DNA from: Trichodelitschia bisporula
Lineage: Eukaryota
Length of the DNA stretch: 36,696 bases
NCBI GenBank assembly: GCA_010356995.1
Contig: ML996715.1
Location: forward strand, 7,648-44,343
Direction of reading: 5' to 3'
Shown: one piece after another, positions 22,528 through 33,729 of the stretch
Numbering within the stretch: position 1 is the first letter of the stretch
Layout: the number at the start of each line of letters is the position of its first letter
Translations under genes and position numbers: made by a program
The notes under the pieces: generated by a model
Database searches by the model: none
What the model saw: the letters and a program-made list of their open reading frames with translations, nothing else
Told to the model about the DNA's origin: nothing

Positions 22528-23400
22528 CTAAGCCTTCTCGTGATTCCACTTGGGGAAGTCGCCCTTCTCGTTGACGTCCTCACTGTTCGCCTTCTTCTTT
22601 TCCTTCTTCTTCTCGGACAGCGGCGCCTTGCCATCTTCGTTGCTAGTCTTCTTCTTGTCCTTCTTGTCGGCTGTCTTCTCCTTCTTCATTTGCGCTTCGG
22701 CCATCAGTTGCTCGAAGGCCATGAAGTCGCCCTCTTCGTCGGGATCACGCGCCGCCTATGAGAGTTGGTTGTCAGTTCTCTCATGCGACGATACCAGCAC
22801 ACACCTTCGCAAACAGCTCGGCAATGATCATAAGCCCATGCGCACGCTCAATGCGCTTATCCAGCTTGACAGTCTTGTCATTGAGCATGCGATCACAGAC
22901 ATCCCTCAGCACGCCCTGAATCTCGAACTTCGTTCCCCGCCAAGCAGCCGCAAGGATCTTCCCCGCAACCTTCTTCTCATACTCAGCGCGCTTCTCATCC
23001 GTCCAGTCCTCGCCGCCCTTCTCCTCGGCCTTCGCCATCTCCTCCACAGACGACTGCGCAACGATCGCCCTGCTAATCGTGCCCCACGTGTCCTTAGCCA
23101 GCTGCCCCTTGTCCTTGATACGCGACCAGAGGCCCGTGATGCCGAACAGCTTCTGGCTCTTAAGGAAGGAGGACGCCTTGAACGTGTACGTCGCGCCAAT
23201 GGCGTGGAGAATTTCCAGGCCGAACGACTCCATCTTGAGATTCTCAACCTCAAGTGCGATCTTGTCGCGGAACGCACGGGTGACATCGGCGGTGCGGTCC
23301 GTCTCCGTCCACACGCTAAGCTTGTCAATGAACTTGCGCACAAGGTGCGCGACGCGCTTGTCACGCTGCCTCTTGCGCTCCTTCGTCAGACCGCCACGGC
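22528..23400 (-). pseudogene. 3' fragment of DJP1/CAJ1-type DnaJ protein (DnaJ-X domain, no J-domain)
   Basis: KLSVWTETD..AF..EVENLKMESFGLEILHAIG, ILAAAWRGTKFEIQGVLRDVCD, intron 22804-22756, AARDPDEEGDFMAFEQL. No HPD J-domain upstream. Confidence 0.8.
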
Positions 23401-23630
23401 GTCCAAGGCAGCGCTGTTCTGTACTACCATACACGGCGGGAAGCTGCTTGACCACCGGATTGAGCGCAGCAGAGTAAAGGCGGTACCAGCCGGGGAGCGA
23501 TGCCGTCTCTTCCGGCTGCGATTTTGCTGTGATTGTGTGCGGGTGCGGTAGAGCTGGCCGTGCGCCTAGCGCGACGTAGCTGCGGAGAGGTTGCGCAAGG
23601 AGGTTGCGGAGCTCGCTTAGCCTTTTCGGT

Positions 23631-23746
23631 TTAGATGTTGGACGCTAGATGCTGGATGTTGAATGTTAGATGTTGAATGTTAGATGTTGAATGTTAGATG
23701 TTGAATGTTAGATGTTGAATGTTAGATGTTGGATGTTAGATGTTGG
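23631..23746. repeat. 7/14-bp minisatellite (TAGATGTTGAATGT)n abutting LTR-A
   Basis: About 8 imperfect 14-bp units running directly into TGTTGGAATG at 23747. Confidence 0.9.
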
Positions 23747-23926
23747 TGTTGGAATGCGGTGGCTGTGTTCAGCCTCACTCAGTTTCAGCCACAGGGGTCG
23801 AGTATAAGTACACTCGGGGTCCCCACCTCTTTGACTAAAATATAAAAGCAACCTGTTCATGGACAGACATTCGGTCCAACCTATGATGCAGTGACGTTTC
23901 CGTTGATCACGCATCACCTTCCAACA
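23747..23926. mobile_element. LTR family A, copy 1 (180 bp)
   Basis: TGTTGGAA...TTCCAACA terminal inverted repeat; colinear with 29496-29815 minus its insert. No matching TSD. Confidence 0.8.
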
Positions 23927-24706
23927 CATGCAAGGCGCCAATGCGCCCTCGGCGGCTCAGCCGAACCAAGCCATAATATCAGACAAGTTTACGTTGCTAA
24001 TCCGGGCAGTCGGGACCAATACCTCGAATCCAACCACCATCTCCTACGCTTAATTTATAAAGGTGCAAGGAACTATATGGCCCTTGCAGCTGACATGGAC
24101 CTCGCCGCAAACCCCCAACCCAACGTCTGAAGAATGGGTGGCTGTCTACTGTATTCTTGTTATTGCGGCGTAGTTCATCTTGGCCGATCCTCTATGATAC
24201 CTGGTTCAGTGCTCTCGGGTCCAAGAGACGTACATTCGACAGGCCCAGGGAGACGTGACCTAGCTAGGTTGACCATAACACCGAGAACGACACACATCGC
24301 CGACGGCAGGTTCCTTTTCTGTCACGAGTCATGAAATAAATGATGGAACAGCAGCCGAATGCAATGTGATGTCGGAGAAGTTCGACACCGATCACCAAAT
24401 CAATTCTCCACTCAGTCACCCCCGGATGATAGGCCGGAATGGTGCCTTGTTAAATTATTCAAAGCAGTTGCGATGTTTTTGTACTTCGGCTCCATCAGCA
24501 CTTCGTGACAAATATGCGGGACATGTATTACGATCACATCGCAGAGATACAGAGTTCCGGTCACCATATTGCTGTTATGGCGCACGATAAACGGGGACAG
24601 TAATCACCCCTCTCCCTGGTGCAGTTCCAAGCGTACTTCCGGGTGCAGTCCCACTGGTTCCCATGTTAGTCCTAAGCCGGGGATAATAATTTGGAAATCG
24701 CAGCTC

Positions 24707-25723
24707 TCACCTGTCCTGTTGTGCCGCTCCTTCGTCAAAGATCGTGAAAACCGTAAACCGCTGGGGGTATCGTTCGGCCCAAATCCGCCAACGCGCCGGA
24801 GAATCTTCCGACTTGAAATCCGGGTCTGGTTTCTCTTCCGAGTATCGGAGGGTCTCGAAATAGAAATGCCCCTTTCGCTGTTCGCCGGTGATTGGTCCCA
24901 TCCCACCCTCAACCTCCCATACTAGATTCCGATTTTGCCAAAAATATAAGCGTACTGCCGTGATGAAGTCGCCAATTGTAACTGGCCCGCCGTCGTTGCG
25001 CTCCATCACAAGAGGTTCGGGCCTTGGATCCGAATCCAGGTCCCATTCATAGGCGTCAATGCTCTCGATGTCCACTACCATTCTGGGCATTGGGGGATCA
25101 GCCGCAGGTTCAGCAGCAATCGGATGCCGCTGGTTATTGTCGATAAACGGTCGCAATTTGGATGGGTTGAACTTGGGCGCGTGCCAGGGCGAGTTTTCTG
25201 CAAAATGCTCGGGGGGTTCGTCTTCGTCCGGTTCGTAAACTTTGATATCTGCCTCCGGAAGAAAGATGGGCCAAAAAAGTCGCGAAAAGGCTCTTTCGTT
25301 GAACATCTTTGGTCCCGGAAAACAGGCAGGTGGAAAGACGATTACTCCAGCCACGACCGCTTCAGCTTCGGTCGTGAAAGCCGCCTCGAGCTCGTCTGCG
25401 GTCGGGAAGGGGGAGACAAGCTCGAGGGCTCTTCCTGTCGCCTCGCCTCGATATACATATCCAGGCCAACCATATGGGACCGATGTGAGACTGGAGTTGG
25501 CAGCAGCATCTGCTTCCGCTGAGCGGCTGGAAGTAGGGCCATTGCTCTCGACGCGTTCAGAAAGCGCATTGGCGGCATTGCCGACCGGGTCTGGATCGGC
25601 TGAGAGTCCTGGTGTGGGATGGCTGAAGCGGGGAATAGTGGACAAAGAAGAGTCTCCTGGTGCAGCGCTGCCGCCACTTTCTGAACGGAAGTCACCTGGC
25701 GGGGAATCCGGGGCGTTCTCCAT
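24707..25723 (-). CDS. Hypothetical protein (~338 aa) with low-complexity N-terminus
   Basis: Long open ORF with a globular-looking C-half (FSRLFWP...HPIAAEPAADPP...VTIGDFITAVRLYF). No function recognised. Confidence 0.6.
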   Translation of the reverse strand: MENAPDSPPGDFRSESGGSAAPGDSSLSTIPRFSHPTPGLSADPDPVGNAANALSERVESNGPTSSRSAEADAAANSSLTSVPYGWPGYVYRGEATGRALELVSPFPTADELEAAFTTEAEAVVAGVIVFPPACFPGPKMFNERAFSRLFWPIFLPEADIKVYEPDEDEPPEHFAENSPWHAPKFNPSKLRPFIDNNQRHPIAAEPAADPPMPRMVVDIESIDAYEWDLDSDPRPEPLVMERNDGGPVTIGDFITAVRLYFWQNRNLVWEVEGGMGPITGEQRKGHFYFETLRYSEEKPDPDFKSEDSPARWRIWAERYPQRFTVFTIFDEGAAQQDR

Positions 25724-26342
25724 AGTGGCAGAAAAATGAAGAATATTGCAGAGTCCGGACCTAGACGGTAGTTTTAGAGTGAGGATTTCCAGCAAGACGA
25801 ATTCTATGGGAGCGCACCTTGGGGAAGCTGTGCCGCACCCTTATATCCTACCACCGGCGTTTCTCGACGGCAGATTCGTATATAATATAGAACATTGTGC
25901 GCATGGCCTGGTATACCTGTGATTCCGAGTAAACGGTCAGGTACTATAATTAATTCGTGTAGCATGTTGCATCAGGGGTATATGGCCCAACGCTACATTT
26001 GCCAAAACTCTTAAGACCTCGCAATTGCTCTGAAGCGCCCTGTCAGCCTTGCGGATTGACGGCCCGAAGTACTACCTGCCTACCTACGTACCGGAGCGTA
26101 GACGGTAGGACGGTGCGTCGAAGATCACAATCGCATGGAGACAGACCAAGTGATGTAGCCTTCGCCGTAATATACCGTATGATGAGATAACAAGACACGG
26201 AGGCGGGGGGTTGCGGTAATAGAATCACCGGGCAGTCTCCCCATGAACTTTAACTCGGGAGTAGTCATCGCATCGTATAAGGCCCTGACCCAGCACGCTT
26301 CATAGCAGACCCTACGTACGTTCTCTCTCAGGTACCACCAAA

Positions 26343-27973
26343 ATGGCGTCTTTAGTCCGATTCCTCTTGTTTTTCTCGCTATGTTACCACTCCTCATCAC
26401 AATTTATTCAAAGGGTGGTGTGGGACAAGGTGAATGGTGTCGAAGTCCCGAGATGGCGCCCAACTTCCCAGGACCAGGTGCAAGCTGTCATACAGATGCT
26501 GATAAACCCCACGTTGATATACAACTGCCACTACATGAAAACTATTTGCAAAAATGCAAAGAAGTAGCTTACCGCTGGCCAGAACATCAGAGGTGGCGAA
26601 GTGGTGCAGCGAAATCTAGAGTTCACCTTTGATTTCGATCGAAAGAGGGCAGATAAGAGAGGAGACAGAATGTGTCCGACTGGCGCGACAGGTTGGAAGT
26701 TGACGTACCGCTGCCCTGAAGTAGACCAACCAGAGGCTATGCCAGGGCTATGGGACCAAAAAGGTCTCAAAACGATAGATCCGCTGGACCCCAGAGAGTA
26801 CGAAATTGAAGCTCGAAGATAATTCAATCAACTGACTGGTAGGAATGAGATTGTGCAAAGAAGCACGCGACGTTACACCTGCGAAGAGTTTCCACCGAGA
26901 GGGTAAGTAACATGTCCTCCGAGAGATGAGTCGTCCATGTTATAGGTTACTGACCTGGAAAAGTCGAGTCGAGGGGGGCATAGGGACGAAGGACCAGAAC
27001 ATTCGCGAAGGCCCCGGTGACCCTGGCTTCACCTACTGTGCTCCAATGATGGTGCGTTACCCCGTCCTAAGATGTGGACACGACAGGGCGGTCGACACCG
27101 TCTGGCATTGGCTTACGTTCGGAGATGTGCAATGGCGACCCAAATGCTAAGTGGTCGGAACAAAGTAAGGAGCTAATTCCCCACCCTGCTGCGAGTCCCC
27201 CAAGGGCTAAGTGATGCAACAGATTGGAAAGGCGAGGCACATAGAAAGCTTGGGGTAGGTCTGTCTTTGCCCATATAGTCCTGACAAGGCTGATGCCGTG
27301 ACCGTGTCGGCATACCCGATGTCGTGTTACCCGGAAATGCAGGCTTGGCACGGCGAACACCGAAGTGACGAAGATGGACGACGCCGAAGTCCGATGAAGT
27401 TCAGGAACATCCTGGAGATGTCGGCATACCCGATGTCGTGTTACCCGGAAAGGCAGGCTTGGCACGGCGAACACCGAAGTGGCGAAGATGGACGACGCCG
27501 GAAGTCCGGTGGACGACGCCGGAAGTCCGGTGGACGACGCCGGAAGTCCGATGAAGTTCAGGAACATCCTGGAGACCCATCACGGATATATACTGTTCAT
27601 TCTGTAAAACTAGAGAAGGCAACAAGCTGGGCAATCAATCTTTTCTCACACAATTCTTTGAGCACTTCCGTCAACAGACCGTTCAGATGTTGATGAACCG
27701 CAGGCAATGCTAAGAAGGGAATTCCGAGGGAATGTGGGCCGGCCATATAGAGATACCGATGTTGTAAGGTTTGGGTTCGCGTATGTTGATCAGCCAAACG
27801 TGGACATCACAGCTTGGGTCGCATGGATGAAAAACGGAGCCAGGCAGGAAGCAACAGCTCCACTTGTCAAGGGAACTTGGGTAAACAGTCTCAACTGGAC
27901 CGCCGAAGAGTCAGACAGGTTAACACCATGGGAGTACCTGGATATGATGGACGACTTACCCATGAAAAGATAA
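26343..27973 (+). pseudogene. Secreted Cys-rich protein with NucA/NucB-like nuclease motif, pseudogene
   Basis: Signal-peptide-like start; YNCHYMKTICKN, FDFD..RMCP..W...CPEVDQP, YTCEEFPP-(intron)-..EGG, then SEQ/NWKG. In-frame stops at 26565-26567 and 26820-26822. An LTR lies in a later intron. May extend by frameshift to 28398. Confidence 0.55.
27305..27676 (+). mobile_element. Solo LTR (372 bp) with TSD GACCG and internal tandem duplication
   Basis: TGTCGGC...GTCAACA; GACCG at 27300-27304 and 27677-27681. A 114-bp unit (27305-27418) is repeated from 27419 with extra 21-bp GGAAGTCCGGTGGACGACGCC units. TATA-like GATATATAC. Confidence 0.85.
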
Positions 27974-28440
27974 CCGCCGTAGACGTCTGGCATACGTTGG
28001 AAGTGAGGGTGGACAGAACCACTCTGAGAGAGTCACCCTTCATGGTGCCTTCCACGTTTTCCTCCTTTTCCGAGTCCCAGTCGATAGAGAATGGGAAGTT
28101 CGGAAATGCAACGATTCCCAATCCGAAGCTCAGTCCGAAGCACACATTCGTTCCAAGCTGGACAGACGAAATCTCTACGGATCCGAGGCCTTTGGGGGTA
28201 CACCAGCAGCCCACGGGCGTAACTGACATCCTCGCCGTTGGCGCAGAGTATATCAACGCGGAGGTGGAATTTTTCGAAGCACCCTCAGCACTCAAATCTC
28301 AGCCTCAGCAAAGATACTGGAAGTCAGACGTGCTGTATATAGTCCCTCATTCCCGACCTCATTCAGATGGGCGAGCTAGTCAGTCAGAGATCAATTGATA
28401 CACTGGTTTTGGCTCGAGCAGCAGCCACTGCTAGTTTCCA

Positions 28441-29494
28441 CTACAAACCCTGAGACAAACAGATACCCAGGTCAGACGAGAGAGGAGTGAGTCCGTGGTC
28501 TTTGAGGAAGAGGGCCAGGGTTTGATACCAGATCCCCGGTGACTGCTTGAGTCCGTAGAGGGCCTTCTGCAGCTTGCAGACGTTGTTGGTCCCGTCATGG
28601 AATTCTGGCGGCTGTTCGACATAGATCTCTTCGTCCACCGTGCCGTAGAGGAATGCCGTTTTGACGTCCACCTGCTCCACTTCCAGGTCGAGCGCAGCAG
28701 CGATGGCAAAGAGGGCCTTGTAGCTCATGGGCTTGACCACGCTGGCAAATGTCTCGTTGTAGTCGATTCCTCCTTGTTGCTCGAACCCCCGGACCACCCA
28801 TCGAGCCTTGTAACGCGACACTTCCCCGTCGGGACCACGCTTGAGCTTGTAAACCCATTTGCCACGCAGCACCCTGCGACCGGCTGGTAGCAGAACCAGC
28901 GTCCAAGTTTGGTTGTCGATGAGTGACTGGTGTTCGTCGTGCGTTGCCTCCTTCCATTTGAGCCAGAAGTAGTCTTGTCGGGCTTGCGCGAGGCTTTTCG
29001 ACTCGAACGGTTCAAGGTTGTTCAGAATGCGCATCGCAGTGCTGAGGAACCCGCACATAAGGGCAAAATGGGTGTTCCCCTCGGTATCGGAGGAGGATGG
29101 CAGATTCCCTACCCGTCTCGAGCGTCGAAGCTCGGCTGTTTCAACCGGGTCCCGATCCAGCCGCTCAGGCATGTGGACTCTGATGACGTCGTCTTCGGTG
29201 GGATCATCTAGTGGTGGGTCGTCCAAGGGTTGATTGAGCGGGAGGGCGCTGGCTAGGGTAGCCGAATGAAATGGAGTGCCACTTGGCAAAGGGTATGCTG
29301 GCGGATCGGTGTCAGCTTCCCCGTCTCCCCCACCATTTGCAAGTGGAACGCCTCCATACTGAAGTGATGGAGCTCCCCCATGCTGAGGCGCGGTACGGAT
29401 GGAGGCTCTGTCGCTTCCTCGGGCGAAACGGTGGGCTGTTCAAGTCCTTCGTGGTGATAGCGCTTTCCGTGAAGACCACGTTCGGGGTGCGCAT
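28441..29494 (-). mobile_element. Ty1/copia pol fragment (post-integrase linker + N-terminal part of reverse transcriptase)
   Basis: WKEA..E..SL..NQTWTLV, KWVYKLK, RYKARWVVRGFEQ..GIDYNETFA, QVDVKTAFLYG, EEIYVEQP, LQKALYGLKQSP. Ends before YVDD. Confidence 0.93.
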
Positions 29495-29495
29495 G

Positions 29496-29815
29496 TGTTG
29501 GAATGCGGTGGCTGTGTTCAGCCTTACCCAGTTTCAGCCACAGGGCTCGAGTATAAGTATGTTGAATTTGTGGCGGCAACGTGGGGTGGCTGGAGTGGAG
29601 CCAGGAGACAGGGGTCGTCTCCCGGTGATGTATATAGTCAGCTCACTTCCTACTGCTAGTTAGTTAAGCAACTCAGTCATGTTCATACTTCATTTCAACA
29701 AAGTACACTCGGGGTCCCCACCTCTTTGACAATTAAGCAACTTGTTCATGGACAGACCTTCGGTCCAACTTGTGATGCAGTGACGTTTCTGTTGATCACG
29801 CATCACCTTTCAACG
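29496..29815. mobile_element. LTR family A, copy 2, interrupted by a nested LTR-B
   Basis: Matches 23747-23926 on both sides of the insert. Confidence 0.85.
29560..29700 (+). mobile_element. Solo LTR family B (141 bp), TSD AAGTA
   Basis: TGTTGAA...TTCAACA; AAGTA at 29555-29559 and 29701-29705. The empty site is visible in LTR-A copy 1. Confidence 0.92.
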
Positions 29816-30619
29816 CACACATCCTCCTTTTTCTCCGGCCGTCCGTTCAATCCGCCCTTACCCTCGCCCTCGGACACCTGCCGCTCGCTCAACCACCCAG
29901 CCAAGTGCTCCATATCGGCTGTATCAAGGCGGTCCGCAATTGACAGCGCCGCAAGGCAGGTGAATAGCTGGCCCGAATGCGATTCTGCACCAGGTGAATT
30001 GCCGTATGCACCGTCGAGATTGGCGCAGGACTCGATATATGTCACCGCATGTGGAACATCGACGAGATCCAACCGACCAAGGAGCGACAGCGCATTCAAC
30101 GCTCCGTACGGGAAGCGCGTGTCAGGCTCTCCATACTGATGCCGAAGAACGTCCCCGTAGCCGGATCCTGCAGCCCTGCAATAACTGCTCCGTCAGTCCA
30201 GTCCACATCTATCTAGAAAACTCACACTTAGCAATTTTCTCCTTCCCCGCCGGCACTCTCGCCTCAAGCTCCTCAAATCCATCCACCAGCGCCAAAATCT
30301 GCACTTCGCTCACAGTATACAGCATATGCGCATCATGCCCTGGAGCAGCACCCATCCCGCCCAACTCATGCAGACAGCTGAGCACGAATTCGAGCACCTC
30401 GGTGCGGGGCAAGGCGTCCGGCTTCCCGAGCAGGTGCAGCGCGGTCAAGCCCCAGTATAGCCCGTTTAGTCGCAGGTGCTCCGTCAGCCAGCACTCGAAC
30501 TCGTCGTGCCGCTTGTCTAGCGTTTGAATGTAGCGTATGTGGGCGTTGGTGTGAAGTTGCTGAGGGGAGGGTCCTGAGGAGAGGGCGCCGCCGCGGCCGG
30601 GGCCAGCGACGGGGGACAT
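29816..30619 (-). pseudogene. BET2: Rab geranylgeranyltransferase beta subunit, frameshifted and 3'-truncated
   Basis: WLTEHLRLNGLYWGLTALHLLG, GAAPGHDAHMLYT, intron, frameshift near 30140, [35 protein letters not shown], then cut by LTR-A (YSWW expected next). Confidence 0.9.
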
Positions 30620-31513
30620 CGTGGATGTGAGCGTTGGTTTTCAGGGCTCAGCTCGGCCAGCACTGGCACTGCCTGCCGGTACGTGTGCTACAATGAAGCT
30701 GTCAGGGCTTTTCTGGTGGGTGGAGGATGTTGTAACTTTAGGGTCTTGGAGTATTGCGATGAGTTGGTCGAATTCCTGCAACCTAACTATCTGCTGATAT
30801 ATATACATAAAGAGTGGCGGATATGCTTGCGCAAACAGAAAGAACTAGAACACACTCGAACGCCGTAATTACCAATCTGATCTTTCTGGCCCCTTCCAAC
30901 AGAGGAAAGGTTGGCGCGGAGTTACATTGAAGGCTGCCTGGTCTCGTCGAGCCAAGCTCGCAGTAACCTTAAGCGAGTAGGGCGTAGGGTGCGGGAAGCG
31001 GAGATATATCGGATGATCCTTAAAGGGTTTACTCTGCTTGAGCGGTATGAAAAATATCAGCTCTTATGATCCCCAAGCCTTATGGCTTTGTAGATGAGAA
31101 TGAACTTTAACTTGAGTTGGCGGGGTTAGGATAAACCCCGCGCCAAGCCGTAAATGTATACTGCGAGGTGGAGCAAGAGCTTCAGCCACCCTTGTCACTG
31201 TACAGTAGCTCTGGACGAGAGAGGCAGCACTTGTGTTGGATCTTGAGGCCAACGTCAGAGAGTTACTGGGAGTAGATAGCCCCTAATCCATCCAATTTCT
31301 GTGCCTTTAATGTAGGGGATTTCGACCACGGTTGCCTCGCAGGGAGCTGGGTAATGGTGGTGATGTTACGTAGTACACGGGAAGGACGAAAGAATGGACT
31401 GATGTAGAATAGGAAAGGGCTCGACCGAGCTCGGTCTCAGTCTCGAGGGCATTCTGGTGGGAATTTCGCAGATGTCGTACTCGTGAAATCAAGCACCATA
31501 CGCGCAAAGCTAT

Positions 31514-32243
31514 CTACGCCTTCTCTTCCTCGTTGACAAACAGGTCCCAGTCTTTGACCTCAAAGGTCTCCAGAATGCGGTCGCGCATCTGTATCGCCGC
31601 CCCGAGAAGCGGACCCGGCTTGCGTGCCTCGAGGTCAACATCCGCGCGGGAATACTCGTCTGCCACATGCGAGACATTAATCGAAATGACAATGTCAGTC
31701 TTCTGCGCCGCGAGCCGCACGAGCACCAGGAGGATGTCCGTAAAGTCGGCTTGCGGGGAGCGCGAAGGCGCGGCACTTAGATGTTGGGTGGCGAACATAG
31801 GGAACGCCGGGGTCGACCTAGGCAGTGAGGTTAGGTGGGGAGTGGGGTACAGACGAGGCAGTTAACGCGTAAGGGAGAGCTGTACTCATATTAGCGGGGC
31901 ATACATACGGCATTTTTGCCAGCGCCGCTGGGGCAAAATCCGCCCAGATGCGCGTCTCGTCGGCGCTGCTGGTCACGATATCGGTGTAATGGAAACGCAG
32001 AGCGGCTTCATCCGAGCTGTCGTTCGGCTGGATGACGCGCTCAGTTATGTCGAAGATGATGCTCGTGAGGCCGGTGGTGTGGAGGAAGACTTCCTGGTTG
32101 TCGGGACCTGGCGGATGGTGCTGTAGGGTTAGATAGGCGCAGAGTCGAGGCTTCCATGAATCTCACCTAACGTCTGCGAAGTCGCGGGGAAGGTTGGCTG
32201 TGAGTGCGCCGCCGAAGAGCGGGACGGTGGTGAAGGTGGTCAT
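31514..32243 (-). pseudogene. MOG1: Ran guanine-nucleotide release factor Mog1, one apparent frameshift
   Basis: PLFGGALTANLP..FADVS | intron | TIRQVP(-1 C near 32103)DNQEVF..TSIIFDITER | intron | ..LVRL..QKTDIVISINV..FEVKDWDLF. Confidence 0.82.
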
Positions 32244-32585
32244 TGTAAAAGGTTTGGTGGCTTTGCCGAAGTGAGGTGAGGTTCGAGGTTCATAGCAGGC
32301 AGGGTATTCAAGTCTAGGGGAAAGCTGTAGGCAGACATGGCAGACTCAATGCTATGACTATTTCAACGCCACATAAAGGATGCAGCTCGAGACGGAATTA
32401 TTGAACCACTGAAGCAACTTTGGAAAGTGAGCGTTTCACATCCTCTAGTCATCGATTTGGTCCTGCAGAGGCCTGTCTTTGTGTCGTACGGATGTACAGC
32501 ACAGTTGATTGGCTTTTCACCCACGTAAGTACGAGGTACAGTACAACGTTACTTCACACTCACGCGGCACCGTACTGATGCTTAC

Positions 32586-32725
32586 TGTTAAAATGAAGTG
32601 TGAACTTGACTGAGTTGCTTGATCGACTAGCAGTGGGAAGTGAGCTTACTATATACCTCGCCAGGAGACAACCCCGTCTCCAGGCTCCATTCCAGCCACC
32701 CCAGGTTGCCGCCACAAATTCAACA
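32586..32725 (-). mobile_element. Solo LTR family B, copy 2 (140 bp), TSD CTTAC
   Basis: Reverse-complement match to 29560-29700; CTTAC at 32581-32585 and 32726-32730. Confidence 0.92.
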
Positions 32726-33729
32726 CTTACTGACAGCCGGAGTGGTGGGCGGGACGACCTGAAAACCGAGTTTAGACATTTATCTGTCGCTTGATGTCGT
32801 CGCGTTGTTGTCGCGCACATGTCAGTGAGGAAGCGGCTTCTGCAGATCATTTTTCTTGTTCCCTCGTAGGCGCTTCTCCCCCGATACGAGGCCACAAAAG
32901 CTGGTGCAGCCTACTCCGCATGGACGGGAGGTACAGCACAGTCAAGCACCTCACGCAAGAAAATCGCCTTACTGTTTCGTACCATGGTAGTTTAAGCACG
33001 AACCACACGACTCTTCGAGCTCCGCCGGCATCTGCCTTCGGGAGGGGTGCAATAGTTCTAGTGTCCAAATCCGCAGTGGCCAACCGATGATGGGATAACT
33101 TATTAGCTTATGAGCAGGCCTCGTCGACGCCCAACCTCAGTGTACTCCGTACAACGGAGCAGACAATGCCTTTGCCGGCTGGCCATCTGCCCTTCCATCC
33201 ATACGTCGTACTGTGTAAATCTAAGCCTCTGTTATTGGTAGAAGTGTCGCCCTGGAGTATGCATGTAGACTGAAGAGGCGTGTTGGCATGTTAGGCCTGC
33301 GCCTTTGAAAGAGGAGTTGAGACTGCGCCTTTGAAGGGGAGGGGTGGCTCCCATTCCCTTTCTGTTCATTCTCCGCTCAGCCAACTTCGAAACGCACGCT
33401 GCACGCTTCACGCATCATTCGGGCCTTTCTTCTTGGCTGGTTGTACAACATGTCCCGCTATTATCGGATCAGAAAGCCACATCATCGGTACGAATGCATT
33501 TCTCTAATCACTGCCTCCTCTAATTCGCAATAGCCCAAAACCAACTAGGCTAGGCAAAGCCAGGAGCCTCCTCGTTAACAAATTTATTAAGAGCCGTCGG
33601 CCCACTATCACCGTTCTTCACAATATCGCTTCGCCGTCTCCGTCGAAAGTGCGCAGCCCTGTGGGTGGCGTGAAGGAGGGGGCAAGGAGCAAAAGACTCA
33701 TCATTAGGGAGGGAGTCTCGCCTCCCAGC

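Noticed and set aside
27305..27575. Repeats that might suggest a CRISPR-like array
   Set aside because: No unique spacers, eukaryotic context, and fully explained as internal LTR duplications.
23927..29495. Full-length retrotransposon between the two LTR-A copies; inner flanks CATGC / GCATG are reverse complements
   Set aside because: The interior is mostly non-TE genes with no gag or integrase core and no outer TSD; the 5-bp near-palindromic match may be chance.
30731..30926. Possible solo LTR (TGTAACT...AGTTACA) between BET2 and MOG1
   Set aside because: No TSD (GATGT versus TTGAA) and no second copy in the window.
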